Shown in pieces: positions 1 through 3,028 of a stretch of 3,028 bases of DNA; the stretch's first letter is position 1, and each line of letters opens with the position of its first letter. The DNA lies in assembly GCF_003334765.1 (NCBI RefSeq), contig NZ_QOWT01000071.1. The stretch is one strand, 5' to 3'. The DNA comes from Escherichia coli (GTDB lineage: Bacteria > Pseudomonadota > Gammaproteobacteria > Enterobacterales > Enterobacteriaceae). The position numbers and the translations under genes are program-made. The notes below the pieces were generated by a model. The model was given only the letters and a program-made list of their open reading frames with translations, did not search any database and was not told the origin of the DNA.

Positions 1-11
1 GCCGCCAGGCA
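1..11 (-). rRNA. rrf: 5S ribosomal RNA, 5'-terminal 11 nt only (gene runs off the left edge)
   Basis: Reverse complement of 1..11 is TGCCTGGCGGC, the 5' end of enterobacterial 5S rRNA. It sits 93 nt downstream of the 23S 3' end, the expected spacing, and the reverse complement of 12..30 (CAGAAGCGGTCTGATAAAACAGAATT) matches the remembered E. coli 23S-5S spacer. Only 11 nt are visible, so the call rests mainly on context. Confidence 0.8.
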
Positions 12-104
12 AATTCTGTTTTATCAGACCGCTTCTGCGTTCTGATTTAATCTGTATCAGGCTGAAAATCTTCTCTCAATCCGCCAAAACACCTTCGGCG
101 TTGT
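12..104 (-). other. 23S-5S intergenic spacer; 81..104 carries the 3' strand of the 23S processing stem
   Basis: Lies between the 23S 3' end (105) and the 5S 5' end (11). Its rRNA-sense sequence ACAACGCCGAAGGTGTTTTGGCGG (reverse complement of 81..104) is near-complementary to the 5' leader at 3009..3028. Confidence 0.85.
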
Positions 105-3008
<2,904 letters not shown>

Positions 3009-3028
3009 TCACAACCCGAAGATGTTTC
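3009..3028 (-). other. Spacer immediately upstream of 23S (end of the 16S-23S ITS); 5' strand of the 23S processing stem
   Basis: rRNA-sense sequence GAAACATCTTCGGGTTGTGA directly precedes GGTTAAGCG, as in enterobacterial rrn operons. Plus-strand 3011..3027 (acaacccgaagatgttt) is a near-copy of the reverse complement of 81..104, i.e. an inverted repeat bracketing the 23S gene. Confidence 0.85.

Noticed and set aside
12-104. tRNA gene or Rho-independent terminator in the 23S-5S spacer
   Set aside because: The spacer is only 93 nt and continues directly into 5S. I see no cloverleaf-compatible acceptor/T-arm arrangement and no GC-rich hairpin followed by a U-tract. Its self-complementarity is explained by pairing with the 23S leader (processing stem).

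Overview
This window is an ordinary rRNA operon segment, not a novel system. It holds one complete 23S rRNA gene (2,904 nt) on the minus strand at 105..3008, the first 11 nt of the downstream 5S rRNA at 1..11, a 93-nt 23S-5S spacer (12..104) and 20 nt of the spacer upstream of 23S (3009..3028). Transcription runs right to left. The reverse complement is collinear, without net indels, with Escherichia coli 23S numbering (rRNA position = 3009 - window coordinate), so the source is Escherichia/Shigella or a very close enterobacterial relative. All nine ORFs in the supplied track lie on the plus strand, antisense to the rRNA, and are rejected as coding genes. Secondary observations are the cryptic E-peptide minigene inside 23S, the inverted repeats that form the 23S processing stem, wild-type bases at the main resistance-associated nucleotides, and three possible operon-specific polymorphisms. 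All comparisons are by eye against remembered reference sequence; no search was run.
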